DNA of 64,000 nucleotides from Balanoglossus misakiensis (GCA_040954595.2 CM082580.2:6269519-6333518), one strand, 5' to 3'. Shown: positions 37,701 through 52,120, counted from the first letter of the stretch. Notes: a model not told the origin generated them from the letters alone. Program-made: numbers and translations.

Positions 37701-37884
37701 TAAGGGCAATGGTAAATTCAACACTACCGGTCCATCTTTTACCTTAACTGTTTAACTTTCTTTCTTCCCTTGAACAAACCCTTTTCATTGCAAACAAAAA
37801 GAGAGAAATATTTTCCAACCATTCAGAAAATTTAGATTCTATTTCAACTAGACTTTTTGAAACCATGAGAGTTCAGACAGTTTT

Positions 37885-38105
37885 TTGTATTGTATTGTAT
37901 TGTATTGTATTATATTGTATTGTGTTGTATTGTATTGTATTGTATTGTATTGTATTGTATTGTATTGTATTGTATTGTATTGTATTGTATTGTATTGTAT
38001 TGTATTGTATTGTATTGTATTGTATTGTATTGTATTGTATTGTATTGTATTGTATTGTACTGTACTGTACTGTACTGTACTGTATTGTATTCTATTGTAT
38101 TGTAT
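37885..38105. repeat. (TATTG)n pentanucleotide microsatellite with an internal (TACTG) block
   Basis: About 44 units read directly. Explains the spurious CIVLY/YNTIQ ORFs. Confidence 0.97.
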
Positions 38106-39834
38106 AAGTGTTATGTTACATATCTCAGGCATATACACACCACTTATTAAATATACCCCCTTCCGAAAAGAACAGCAAAGAATAAACAAAGGTAAAGACT
38201 GCGCCTATAACTCTACACCTGATTTCTGTAACCTTCCATTGAATCATGAGAAAAGAACCCTTGTAAGTGGAAACCATATGAACACAGGTGAAGGAAATAT
38301 AAGTAATTGACCCCTGTGGTTGCTATGTATTTCACGGCCACTCCAAAAACATGCAAGAAAATAGAAGTCCTAATGTGTACACAATTAAGAGTTACTGACA
38401 ACAAACGATAGTTTTATTGTTTTTATGACAAAATCAGCCTTGCAGTGCATACGTACGTGCAGCCGAAAAATGAATATTACGGCAAAACAAATGACCTGTG
38501 TAATTATAGAATGCACGTTCACCATGAACTGCATCAAAGATTTTCACCGCAATTTTCTTTCTGATAAATATTAAACTTTGAAATGAATTGTTTTGCAGTA
38601 ATTTAGACCCAGATGATTCACTTTTTGCTTGAAATTCAAATTTTCAATCCTAGTCGACATTATTTCAGATACTGTGTAAAGGAAGCAAATTTGTCATTCT
38701 ATGACCTTCCTGTCAATCATCTGTGTCACTGCACTTTTCAATATCTCTTATATTTCATAAAAAAGTACAATGGCTAGGAGTTGTGATTATATCAAATCCA
38801 TCTCCTCAAAATATTTCAGGGAAAAAAAGTACAATGGCCGAAATATAAAGAAATTGGATTTGTTACTTAAGGCTGTAGTGCAATGGATTATACTGCTGTC
38901 CATATATTATTTATTAATTTCATCTTTAGTTATTAATGTTTTTCTATATAAAAAGGATACAACATACAAAACAGGTGCTTTCAGGAATTGGAGTCTGTTG
39001 ATTAATTATTGCAGCCTATACGCTTAAAGAATATATGTTCTTTTTACCAAAAAACTACCATTTTTACATCATATTCGAGTGCATCAAATACATGTTCCTT
39101 GCCGAATAAAAAAAATGCTGACCCAGCAGTTTTCTTCAATTATCGACTAAAATCACGGTCTCGTGTTTCAAAAGCCATTAGCATGGTGACCCATGTATTT
39201 TATTACAGATTTATATACAAAAGGAAAAAATGCACAATTTATACAAAGAAATCACTAAACTCTCACTTATACAGATCGTACATCCTTAACAGCGGCCGGG
39301 TCACATGAAATGGGTGAAATCCCACATAATGTGTGCGTGCTTGCCTGAAAGACAGGCTTATATCTTTTTCGCTCAACAGGAGGTCACATATTAAGAACGT
39401 GTGAAATTACAGTTTGATGAATTTGGATGCGGAATCCAGTTCCTGGAATTGAGTTTGACGTGGGAGGATTTATTATTTATTCCCCACAGAGTTTGTACTT
39501 TCTGAAATATTGAGCATCATTTTCTGTATACATGTTAGAAAGTGTATTTTAAATTTAGCCAGACCAGAATTTGCGAAAAATATTTTTTTTATTTCAAACA
39601 AATGCAGATATGACTGAAAAAATCAAATTCTAAGCTAAACCAAAATATCAGTTAATGTTAAATTTTGAAAATGGACTGATTAAAATGGACTTTCTGAAAA
39701 GTTGCACTTTTCGGAGGAAAAAACAACTGCTAAGTTGAATCTGATGTAAGGCTAAAATTTCCAGCATTAATTAAGGATGTACTTTGAAATTTACCAAATC
39801 GTACCAGGATGATCTCACCAGGTAACTAGGCGAG

Positions 39835-40040
39835 AGGGGAGAACCATTTGATTTCTGGGGTGGGGAGCTGGAGGATTTTTTGGGAAAAAATTAGTTGGCA
39901 GATGGTCAAGAGAAAAAAAATATCGTGCAATGCCTTGAGAATAAATATTGACTAGAAGTGAAAAAAATGCTATAACAGTGTATAAAAAATTGCTGTCATA
40001 CCAAAACCCCCTCCCCTGAAATCAAATGGTTCTCCCCTTA
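39835..40040. mobile_element. ~204-bp MITE with 21-bp perfect TIRs
   Basis: AGGGGAGAACCATTTGATTTC (39835-39855) and GAAATCAAATGGTTCTCCCCT (40018-40038), followed by TA. Related fragment at 15865. Confidence 0.8.
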
Positions 40041-40879
40041 GCTGTTCATAAGCATTCATTAGGGTAGAGTTTTCAATCAGGTGTCAATTTGTTCAAAGTT
40101 GCCAATGTACATACACCTGGTACTTATAATGCCAGCACTCCCTTTTCAAGAATTCACCATGAAACCTAGCCAGCGTCTCCTTCAGAGGCCATCAAAGATT
40201 TCAATGGCTTTTTTAAGCTGTAAATCAAATTAACACTGATTCTGATTGACATGCAACTCTGTGCAGTACCTGGCTGTCGCACATTATCAGCTGTGTTTGT
40301 ACAGACATACAGTCACGCTCTTCTACTTCAATTACTTGTACGGCCATATAAGCAGTAACTTGCCCCTAGTTTGTACATCAGCGCCTGGTATTAAATCCGC
40401 CACAGTTTTCTTTGTCCATTACTGAAATCCACTGCGAATTATAAACAGTGTCGGGAGAGATTCCAAATCTTCCATGTGCAAAGCTGAACCAAAGGTCTCA
40501 AAGGCCCAGCAAGAACATACAAGTATCATTTGTGTGTTATAAAAAGAGTCAGCGCAGCTGTGAAATATTTATTGGGGGGAAAAACTTGCATCTGAGTGTC
40601 TGGAAAGTTGATAACACAGAAAGATTGCTTAGAAAATTGTATGCGCTTGCGATACAAGATTATATTGATAATCAGGAAGAAGGAGAGGACAATATCATTA
40701 AATATTGAAAATTATATTATACCAGTATATTGATGGTGTAAATCACGCTATTTGATTGGTCGAGACACGACACGTGACCGTGATATATTAGCCATATACC
40801 ACAGTCATATATCATAGTTAAAGAAAATGCCTTTTTAAAATGTTTTATGCAAAGTTTCAATATACTGGCATAATATAAT

Positions 40880-41022
40880 AGCAATAAAACACCCCCAGCC
40901 ATGGTATACCACTCGATTTTGACCAGTTCAACTCCATATACGCACTCGCTATCGCTCGTGCGTATATGTCGTGAACTGGTCAAAATCTCGTGATATACCA
41001 TGGCTGGGGGTGTTTTATTGCT
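40880..41022. repeat. 143-nt imperfect palindrome, probably part of a non-autonomous DNA element extending left to ~40720
   Basis: Perfect stems 40880-40908/40994-41022 (29 bp), 40916-40930/40972-40986 (15 bp) and 40935-40945/40958-40968 (11 bp). Confidence 0.85.
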
Positions 41023-43778
41023 TAAGCGTATGATATGACAATATCGCTTTGGAAATCTGTTACCCAGGGTAATCTGACCGGCCGTCTGTCTATGACATCT
41101 TAAGAGTCATCATATTGTTTCCCCAGACTTCTTATACATACAATTTTCACTAGCATTTTCAGTTATGGTATCACATTAAGATTTATAATAATTATTATAT
41201 GTAGCAAAAAATTTGACGACAGCACATATAGCAATATGTCGCTGACAACAGCTATCAGTATGTTTCATTGGCAACGTATTAAATTGGTCAGAATTTGAAT
41301 TTTCAGGCAGTCAGGTGTCTTTTTTGGTGCTTTTTAAAAACACGATCTTTGTTGAATTCAACTCTTTCACTTTCTTTGAAGCCGATAACAAGCTGAACCC
41401 CAGTGCACACCACAGGCGCACAGCATCAATTCTTGGAATCGCAATCAATAATTTAATTGGTGTCTGCAGGGGGCAAATCCATGCAGCTAAACTCACAAAA
41501 AAGACGCTCCAGTTTGTCAGTGACAGCCACTGGCTGTCATATGCACAATATGCAGCTTGGATTAGCATCCAGGGCCTCGGCAGAAGCTGATATCGCTGTT
41601 GCTATACAAACATGCACTAAAAACCAATCCGACAGACCATTAAAAGTGAACACTCAGACAGACATAAAAGCCTACAGTAGCTTAGTCAGTACGTCAATCA
41701 CAGTCTCCCAGCATGGGTTTGCAGGATCTCTGTTTGGGGTAAATAAATGAAGAAAGTTGAAAAAGCATTATTAGTTGTGTTATAGTTTAGTTCAGCAAGT
41801 TGAGGGTATAAGGTCTTACGGCATATATTTTATTTAAAAAATAACTGTTAATGTTTATTTTATCCTTAAGGTATTATTATTATCGTTATAATTGTTGTTG
41901 ATTCTATAACATTATGATCTGATGATGTGCTTCTGAAGTGGGGACTAAACTTCACTGCAACACTGGGGGATCCATCAGTATTTATAGGCAACATGATACG
42001 ATGCACCAAAGATGCTCAGAAATATCTTTGATGCAGGAAAAAAAAATTCATATTACATGATTCAGAATTTCTGAAAAGAAAGTTTGAAATTCTCTGCAGA
42101 GAGCACACATGATCTATATCACCTTGGTAACCAGTTGTTATGGCAACTGCCAAGCCTGAGACTCAACTTCTGACCTTTCAACCCATTGACATTAAACGTT
42201 AGTGTGATTACTGTGATTTTTTTTATAATTAATATGCGGAACAGGCATATTTATATGACACTAATAAAATCCTTCACCGTGCATTCACACGAATAATTTA
42301 TCAATTTATCTGTCACCTTGCGTGTTGCGTGAATACTGGAGAGCAATAAAAATACTGCTTTTTCCATGGCAACCAGCTTAACTGACAGTTTTACGGAATA
42401 ATAAAGGAAATTAATGATCGAAAGCTAAGATTACCTATCATCATGTTGATAGAAGTTTTTTTATATTCAATTTTCATGAAAGACTGCATGGTAACAAGTA
42501 AATTAAAGGCTACCGCTGAATGTTAAATTTTCCTCTGTATAGAATGAAAACTTCCATCGCAAATTAATCTCTTCATCTTGTTTCATCAAAATTTTGTTTT
42601 GTGTTTGTACTGCGAAGTATAAATGACCCTCACAAAATTTAATGAAGCAGTAATGAAGTTCTCTTATTCAAGACAACAAAATACCCCCCCCCCTCCCGCG
42701 CCAAACAGGGAAATTTAAAGGTCAGAACTTCACATTGACCTATAGACCACTGAACCCCTTCTTCACCAAATGCATGACGTCACTCTGCATTTATAGTTAT
42801 ACACTGTAGTTATTGAAGCACACACCAGTCCATTGAACTCTGTACTGCTGACGTCAAGTGAGTCGAATCTGCAGTCGACTTCTTACTCGATCGTCTGTCA
42901 AATATTCCACGGTCCAAACAGGACAAGTCCCCAACTCGACTCCAGTGAGTCATCTGCAGTCAGCATTTTTCGGGGTCATATCGTGGTTATGAACCGAAAT
43001 TCTTGGCTCGTGTCATAATCTATATCCGATTTCTGTGAAACAATTTCTTACATATATGTTGTGACGTTCTGTCTTTGTGTGGCAGATATCAGTGTGTGTG
43101 TGCATTGATTGTAAACGAATATTAAAAAACAGCATTATTCATGTTTTTATAGTGGCGATATCTATACATTTTAATAGTTTTGAACCGATTAAATGTTGGG
43201 GTGAACATGCTATCAAAATGAGTAATCTTGCCTTAAAGACCAGATCTGAGTGATGGATGGATGGATTGATTGTCAGACTTAATGAAAGAGTGGTGGCTAT
43301 ATGATGTCACCTAGACCATTTCAGCTTATATTACAAGCTTAATTGCAGGGACAGTCAGACCTATAGTCAAAAAGTTCAAGGGCCAGACAGTGGCATGTCC
43401 CAGGGGGGAACACTGGTGATGGTTTCAGCCAGTGAAGTTTCCATTGGGTAATTCTGATTTTATTAAGCGTGTGATTCATTGGCATTTATGGAAACGATAG
43501 TTGCGTCACTGTAATTTGAGTCATATTGCGGTTCATGATATCATGTATAGTTAGAACTTTAATCTCTATGACGCTCATATCTTGACGACGCTTTGTGATT
43601 TCCACAATCGTGGCGTACTGCACAGTCCGTAGAGGAAAACCACAGAAGTCATTGACCACTATGCTGTTCAGAAGTGGTACGTATGTACCGGTGGGTATTG
43701 TTGTGGTAAAGATCGCCGTCTGCTGACGTCATGGGGGGAAATGTCTCTGGTTCCCTCACACCGTACATTCTAAGTCCT

Positions 43779-43868
43779 GGACAGCCTATATAGTCTAGAA
43801 TCCAGATTTGTATGTGTTGTTCTATGTGTGGAAAAACACACCAGTCTGGAATCTAGACTAGGACAGCC
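43779..43868. mobile_element. 70-bp hAT-like MITE (43791-43860) with an 8-bp flanking direct repeat
   Basis: TAGTCTAGAATCCAGA ... TCTGGAATCTAGACTA (15/16 TIR). GGACAGCC at 43779-43786 and 43861-43868, with an extra TATA on the left side. Confidence 0.65.
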
Positions 43869-46800
43869 AAGCTGGCAATTACACAATGAGAGGACAGAGT
43901 CCGATACTTCCAGGGAATTCTGTACAACACGGAATATAAGGAGGAAAAAGGAAAAGGCACGTACCACACAGAGATTCATATGATGCACCACTTTAGCATT
44001 TCTGTAGTACGTGTCAGTAACCCACAGAGCAAAATGCCACAGAAGTCATCAACATTGATTGACATTCAGCCAAGGGATTTTTTCTTGAATCTCTTAAAAC
44101 CAAAATGCAAGTCCTCTTGTCAGCACAGGGGAAGTAGGTATACACTGAGAGACTGTATACTGTAGTTATAATATGAAGAAATAAATAATTTGTGAACAAT
44201 AAAAGTGTTTTAATTTGAAGAAATATAAATCATTTTAACTATGTTAATATTGTAAATATTATGAGTAATAACTTTATGAATTATGTGTGCAAATATCAGG
44301 GCAGAGGTGACATGCACTCCAATATTCACTCGGCATGTAAATCTCAAAAGCTTATCCGCAAGTCTGGTACCATATAATGTGAAATACTGACTATAACAAG
44401 AATTGAAAAAAAAAACTTTGTGCATGACAGCCCAAGCGTGTTGAAAGGGAAAAATCTATAAGTCAGAATTTGAAAGTCAGATCTTGAAATCCGATCATTT
44501 TCAGCTATTAGAGTGGCATTGTAGTCAATTCTGTGGATCGATGTATGAGCTGTGCATTAAAGTTGAGAGTATACTGGAAATAGATGGACAGAGAAAATGG
44601 ATGAAAGAGAGTTGACAGCCAGGTACTTGTGTAATGGAAGCCTCAGAATGCACCATCGCCATTAATCTCAGATAGTGCGTCGACGACCAGATGCGCCCGA
44701 CAGTTGTCTTCGACCGTGCTTGCAGAGAGCTTTAAAGTAATTGTTAACATTTTGCTGATATTTACAGCCAGATCATTGGAGTAGAAAGATCAGCCCACGG
44801 ACGGTTTAGATTTTTTTTGTTTATTAAAGTCAAATGTGAGAATGCAAAAGCCAATTCCTGCAGAATAACTGGTGTCCTTGAGAGAATTTACCCTGGTACT
44901 AAACGTAGCGTCATGTACTTGTATGTAAGTTGTAGCAAAATTGTCATATCAGAAGTGTGAGAAACAAATACTTTGTGTGGTGTGGCCCTGCCTCATTTCT
45001 TTTACACACCTATAGATTGAAAAAAGTGCTTGCCAGCAATTATGTCCGAGGTCTGTCTGGAATGTGTGTTTAAATTAAATTTTAATGTTTCAGGAAATAA
45101 ACCTCATCAAGCCTCCATTCTCATCAAGCGACCACTTAAAGTTTTTCAAAGCTTGGCACTTTGGACTAATTTTAGATTTTTTTTAGTCTCTTCAAGTCTG
45201 AGTGGTTTGAAGCATTTAATTATTACATTGTCAATATTTTGATTTTTCTTTTCAAAACAATTGTCCGAATGAGATGTTGCTTCTTATTGCATTTCCCATA
45301 AACGCTCACTTTTGTATGTTTTAACTTTATGTAGAAAGTGTATGTCGCACAAAAATGTCATTGATGTGAAGGTGTTTCTTGAACTATCAAGGTCTTAATA
45401 AATTGTCCATTTTCAGCATAGTCCCCGTGAATAGTCTTGAAATCTTGTGTGAACTTGAGTTTCATTATCTGCATTGGGGTGACATTAAGTACTGCAGCGA
45501 TGGTGGGTTTGGACGGAACAGCTAGCCTATCCCATGATAGATCTTAAATTCAGAGCAGCTGTTTTGGAATTTGACCGCGCGGACTCAATACAGGGATTGT
45601 TGTATGAAAAGTATTTAGCCTTGCGAATGCTGAGGTGTTCGAATCCCTGGGAAACAAGCGGTTGTGTGGAGTATATGACACACAGAGGATGTGGAATGAG
45701 TGAAACCCAGCCCACTTCTGCCTTTGATAGATCTCTTCCAGGTCATAACTGACTTCCAGGTCACGACCTCAGAATTCCATCAGACTTGACCTCATTATGC
45801 ATGAAATATGTACTACTCCAGGTCTGGGAATACTTTCACAGAAGTTTCAAAAATGACCCATCTTATAATATAAAATAATCCCATTCAAGTAACTTCTACA
45901 TAACTTTTTTTATTTATTTATTCACTTTGGGAAGAAAACCAGTCCTTGTTGGTATATCAGCTTTCACTTGTTTTTTTAACTTTAATAAGGGGCTGTTTCC
46001 TGGCATGTTTTCAACCTTAAGAGACTGTTACATTCCTAGCAAGTTTCAAACCCACAAATGGTGTGTTTGTGTCATGCTCTTTTTCACAGCCGAAGGCTGA
46101 AGTTTTTGGTCAGGTGACCAAGTTGGCAGCTGACAGTTTTCCTGTTCCAGTTTGATGACTGAAAATACATGTACTAGATCTTGGTTAATTTCCTGAGAAA
46201 AAAATGAATGAAAAAATAAAGAAAGAAAAAGAAAGAAAAGCAGAGTTTTTCAAATGGGATTGATTGATTGATTGATTGATGGAATGTGCATTTAGAGAAT
46301 TTTTCAACTTTTTAAAAATAGAAAAGTAACTTTCACTTTACAGGTAATAGAAAAATAGTTTCCAGATTTTTTATCTGAACACTTGAATTTGCAGGAAATA
46401 GTAGCATTTAGAAAGCTTGCTTCATATTTTTCTTCATACAAGGACAGTCCTTAATGAATGTTGTTAATTTTGCCCGTAAATCCTGTTTAGAGTCCCAGTT
46501 TGGGGACATGATTGTACGCAGACTAGACTGGGATATGGATTGAATCCCAGAAGAGTTGAGTGTCCATGGCGTGTTTCCTGTTTTGCAATCAGGGTTCGGA
46601 ATGAAAACTTCCGTGTTTGTATAGTCGGTTGATGTTTTTTGAATTCTCAATCAATGTTTTACAATGACTTCTGAAGGCACACCTCAGAATCCATCCTGTA
46701 GCACTGTGTGAAATTATTTCGGCAAACCAGTTGTTGTTGGAATTTAACCTCATTGATTTGAAGAGCAGACAGGGTGAAGACTGATGCAACATGTAACCTG

Positions 46801-49800
46801 TTGGATTTGGAGACAATACTGAAATTACAGATAATTTGACTCTGAAATGATTTTTTTTCAGATCTCATCTTAGCTTACATTGGTTACTACTGTAAACTCT
46901 CTATGGTGCATCTATACTTTTTATTTCTTTTTGCCACTTTCATGTGTGTTTTCAAATCATTGACTCTGTTTAAATCTATTTTGTTGCCAATCTAAAGAGT
47001 GTATGTGTATGTGTGTGTGTGTGGGGGGGGGGGGGTCTCAGTACAATTGTTTACCACAGAAATTCTATACATCTAGTATGTGCTAGCTGCCTGATTGCAA
47101 ATGTCTTGGTCAAACTGTATTTTTACACCAAAGTCATATGTATCAATGGAAATCTCTTTCTTTGAAGTTGATTTCTTTGTCACCAAAATTTGTTGTACCT
47201 GCAGGGCTTCTGAACATCCTTCCAAACAGTGTCTGTGATTCCTCTGGCCGTCTAATTAACTTTAATGATGCCCCATCGCTTTCTTAATGACTTACATGTA
47301 GCCCTAGTATAACACCCTCAACAGTGCATAGAGAAAAAAACACTCTAAAAAATCCAAGATATTTTTTCACATTTTTAATAGTCAACTCCAATGCACCAAG
47401 GTACTCAACACAAAAGAAAAGAAAGGATCACAAGTTTATAGTGTTTCAAACAAAATGCTACACCAAACACACAACAAATGACAGATGAGGCTATACACTG
47501 CTTAATTAGCCTAATTACCCCCAAACAATTAGAAAATCACCAAGCATGGAAAACAGAAGCCATGCATGGAAGGATTGGATTTCTGTTTATACTCCGAGAA
47601 CTACAGCAAATATCCTGTCCCAAAACAGACTCTATTCAAGAGCCTTGCTGATTGAAACACAGTGTTGTTCTTTGTTCCTTGTGTTGGCAGCCCCATCTGG
47701 GAAGTTTACCCATGCAGAAAACAACTTCTGGATTATTTTATCATTCTGAAATAAACAGCATGTTTTTATTCTGTCTTCAGGTGTTATTTTTAAAAACAAA
47801 CATCACATTCAAGCATGAACAGAGGTGCATGACACATAAGGTCATGCCATTTTACAGTTATTGGACACATTTACTGTGTTGAGTTTGCAAAAGGCAGAAT
47901 GCCAGATCAAATAAGTTCAACAGAATTGTCAGGATTCGACTTGATTGAGAGGACGTACTTCACGAGTATCTACTTCATCAAGAGCTATAGGAATCATGAA
48001 ACCTGAACCACCAGGCACAAATCAAACCCCTTTTGAATTCACTTAATTTTCACTGATGTGTAATTTACTCCATGGAGTATACATTTGTTTATGGTTAAAA
48101 AAAATCTTTAACCTGCAATGGCCATTAATGAGTTCTTTGCCCTGTAAGTCAAGCACTCACTCCAGCCGAAAGTTCACCCTTCAGTGAGTATATACACCGC
48201 TCAAATTGCACAACAGCTAGTATTCGCTTGAATGCTCCAATCAGGTTCCTTAATTTCCTGCCTCTTATCTCTAGCTGCACTGGCTGCTGCCTGAGTTCCC
48301 AAGATGCATTGCAAAATTACCCTGCGGTTACACGATCACGACACAAACTCTGCAATTGTCCAGGCTTGCAGGAAACTTCCCTGCTGGTCATGTAGGGTGC
48401 ATTAAAAGGGCAGGCCAACCTTATATACAGTTGGACAATGATCGACCCTTGTGTTAACTTTTACCTTCCAGAACATTGGGAACAAATTTTCCACATAACT
48501 TTGGAAATAAAGTTGCTACAATACATTGTAACCTCAAACCTCTTTGTTTACTTTTTTTGATGTTGCTAGGCAACATCTCTATACTCTCACTTGTCATATT
48601 ATTGATCTAAATTTTAAAAGATCCATCTGTAGCCCAAAAGTTGCTACAATATTGCTAGGCAACCACTCTGTGTTGCTGCTTGTAATATTTTGATGTATAT
48701 CTTTTCAAAAATCTCTCGGCAAATCTAACGAAAATCTTGTTACCATTGGTGATTTTAATAAAAATCAGACTTTCATTTCTAGATATTTCAGCACACATAT
48801 CTGCAGGGAACTCGATCAGCTTACTCATTAGTAAGTTTTGAACAGATAATATCTTTTACAGATATCAATTATGTTCGATGTACATCATACATGTATTGTG
48901 GTTGTCATGTAATATGCAAGAAACCTTTTTAATTCATAAAATATTGCATCATGTTGTAAAATCCTTTTACTATATCAAAGATTATTACCGTGGCATTTTC
49001 AAAAATCATACTAAAAAGTTTATATGAATGGGATATTTGATACTACTGACTGAGAGACATTAAGTTTTGAAGCTCATTAGATTGTCAATTATTTTGCAAT
49101 GTATCACGAGTTAAGGAAATTGATTTTTATGCGTATGAGTGGGTGGGTGGGTTGGTGGATGGATTGCAAGCAGGAGCTCTGGTAAACAGTCTGTGCTTCA
49201 CAGTGTGTGATCTGACTTCTGGCATATGTCTGTGCGTTAAATTGTGTGGTCAACAATCTTCCTTGACATTAACATCAGTAACAAGATCAGCAGGAAATTT
49301 TTTCCACAATTTGACTTCTGATGGAATTTGATCAGTTTTTGTTTGTCGGAGTTGGGGGGGGGGTTACATTGTACTGATATCATTCGCATTTGCATCACTT
49401 TGTCATCTCTTGGTGACGCAATATGTACCATGGTAGTTATGAACTCTTTGTACAGAGGCAGCAACGTACAGCCACAGTGTGATGTCTTCAATATGTTCAT
49501 GTATACAATCAGTAAGCTTTATTTGGGTGGACCAATCTAAGTTGGAAAATAAAATCATGAAAATAATGCAGAAAGTGACAAATCTTGGAGTTTAATCGAA
49601 GGTGGAATATATTGTTGTAGATCTCTAGTGGTGCATTTTCTGTAGTGACCATGGCAACGACAACAACAATAGGAATGTATAAGGAGTCAGGAATTGTCTT
49701 AATATATCTATAGTCTAGTTTTACAGCATCAGCATCCGAACTACTTTAATTTCATGTACCATTCCTCATACAAGAAACCTAGCCTACCATGCAAGCTGTG

Positions 49801-51699
49801 GTGTGATCTCTTTCATTAAAGTATGGCTAATTTCTCTGATGAAACATCCTCTATAGGCTTGTATTCTACAGTGGACTTTCATATTTATGACTGTTATGTA
49901 AGTTATGTCTCTGACTGTATGTTACAAGGCCATTTTTGTCCCATAATAAAATAGCTTTACATGGCCCTGATCACGTATTACCGTGGTATTTTTTTTTTAA
50001 AGGCCCAATGGCAGGCATTTTTTTCATGAATTTATTTTTGAAATTAGAATGCCAGTGGGCCATTTAAATGAGCTCTTCCATATTATAAACTTCTGATTAT
50101 GGCTGTCAAATAATAGAAAGGTGTCACACCCGTTTATTCAGCTGTCCATTGCAAGAGTACACAACTAATGCACACATGGGTGTTAAAGCCTCCACAAGTT
50201 CAAAATGGTGTCGTTGATAAGAAGATTTCAGTATTTCATGGATAAAAAATATGCCAAAAATGGAAACTATTGGGGCTTTAATGGCATTAGTTATGTGTTA
50301 TTCCAGAATAGTTACCTTGGTAACAGCTCCCCAGTTTTGTCTGCAATTCTGCTCCATTATGAAGAAATTCGCCTGCAAATGTTACTTTTTTTGTACAGCT
50401 TTTAATTTTACCCGTAAGCAACACACATTGTTTAGTAGTTAACACTGCGTAAACTTTTCCTTAGTATTAAATATGTTTAAAAATACTTCAAACAAAAAAG
50501 TGGGCAAATAATGTTTAATTTCCTTACATGCATTAATAAACTGTTTTCATCTAATAAAAGTGCAAAAATAAGAAAAGAAACGTTGTTCCTTTCCATTTAT
50601 ACACAGAGCGATGTATTAGTAACCATGGTTACAATTTACAAATTAACCCCCCCCCCCCCAACAGCTGTCTTCAATGTCAAAACCCGAACACGTCCTCAAA
50701 TTAAGTTGTTATAAACGAAGAAATAATTTGCTTGGTCTTTTGCCTTGAAATTTCATTCTCCCAAGCGCCGACTACCTTTATCCGAGGATTGTAGCCATGA
50801 CAACCAATGCCATGGCTCACCCCTTGGAAAACGTGACGGGGGTCTGAGAAACGTGGCTGAAATTTCAGGTATACGTTTTGCTTGCAAGGAAAGGTAGCTC
50901 AGTTGAGTAGCCAATGCCTTTGTTGTTGATTTAAATATCTCTTCCTCATGTACGGGTTCCTCCACGATGTTCTTGAATGCTTCGATCTCTTTTATTTTAT
51001 TTTTTTCATTTGAAGTACTTTACCGCCGCACGCACGACACAGGAGGCAATGAAGTCCGACGGAACGGGATTGAAATCAAGTTGTGCGCCGACTGACGTGA
51101 CGACCGGCCAGGGCTACGGAGATCGGATGTACGTACCGTACGTCACGGTCTGCGGGTTTTCTCTGCAACATCCCGGAAGATTGTTTTAAAAAAAAGATTG
51201 ACTGACCAGCGCAGTCACGATTCACTGTTTAAAAAAATGTCGGGATAGATGTATGTTCAGAAATGAAAATTAAAAAAATATATATATCTCCCAGATATAT
51301 ACCCCACCTGTATCAGTTTCAACTTGTACACCTCTGAGTGCATACATGCGTCTTGATGATATGCGTCCCACAGTCGAGTCGCTTATATGCGTCTTGATAA
51401 TAATATGCTCGATTTTTGCTTTCGCAACGATTAAATCTGGCTGACTCATGTGACTAGACATGTTCTGAATTTATTCGGTATCCATCGTTGTTTTCGAGTA
51501 AATATTTTTAAAATTATTCAACAAGGCATCTCTTTCATTTATTACACGGATTAATCGTTTTTTCCACTGCTTTATTTTTGCATTCATCCATGAAGAACAT
51601 GATTTTTCATCCATCACTAAATTGGCAGTTGAGTTTTGGTTTCCCATCCAGCGCCTCATGAATCGCCGGGACTAATACAGGTGAAAATGAAAGTGCACG

Positions 51700-51880
51700 C
51701 TGATTGGTCCGATATGACATAAGTGTTTCACATAAGGAAAAGGCGCTTCCTTATTTGGGGGCATAAATTAACATGCATTTGCCATATAAGGCTTAAACTG
51801 CGAAAATCTCACGTGGTCGGCGAATAAATAATCAGATGAAAATGTGGCTCGTTTAAAAAGAGCAGTGCGCAGCCAGTTGC
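51700..51880 (+). promoter_or_regulatory. Putative CDK5R1 proximal promoter
   Basis: ATTGG at ~51703, CArG boxes CCTTATTTGG (51749-51758) and CCATATAAGG (51782-51791), E-box CACGTG (51810-51815), TATA-like TTTAAAAAG at ~51852. CpG-rich. Confidence 0.5.
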
Positions 51881-52120
51881 ATATTCGGCATAATTTCCTG
51901 GTGAGCGTCTGACCGAACGATGCAGTGCTAGCATTTGAGTCAAGCGGCATTTTGGGTCATTTACAGCCGCCGTTTCTACCCAACAACCGGACCGTCTCGG
52001 ACGCCGATGTGAAAAGCGGTACAGAGACTCGAACCGTCTAAGGTTTTCCACTTCTTTCGGGTAGCTTCTCTCCGTTCTCTCCTGGTGTCGGGGCCTGACA
52101 TCTGTTCCTGTCATTTCACA

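Noticed and set aside
37848-38310. ORFs with CIVLY/YNTIQ repeats
   Set aside because: Translations of the (TATTG)n microsatellite.
48505-48700. Recurrent AAGTTGCTACAATA and TTGCTAGGCAAC words suggesting an array
   Set aside because: Only two irregularly spaced copies each; a degenerate local duplication, not a CRISPR-like or regular array.
18600-51600. Hidden protein-coding genes or retroelement ORFs in the long intergenic region, e.g. the 181-aa ORF at 33573-34118
   Set aside because: No ORF shows a recognisable domain or a consistent exon chain. Small exons or non-coding transcripts cannot be excluded without RNA data.
52085-52120. GTG-initiated 12-aa N-terminal extension of CDK5R1 from the ORF track
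   Set aside because: The family N-terminus MGTVLSLSP needs Gly2 for myristoylation, and the ATG at 52121 has a good context (ACAATGG).
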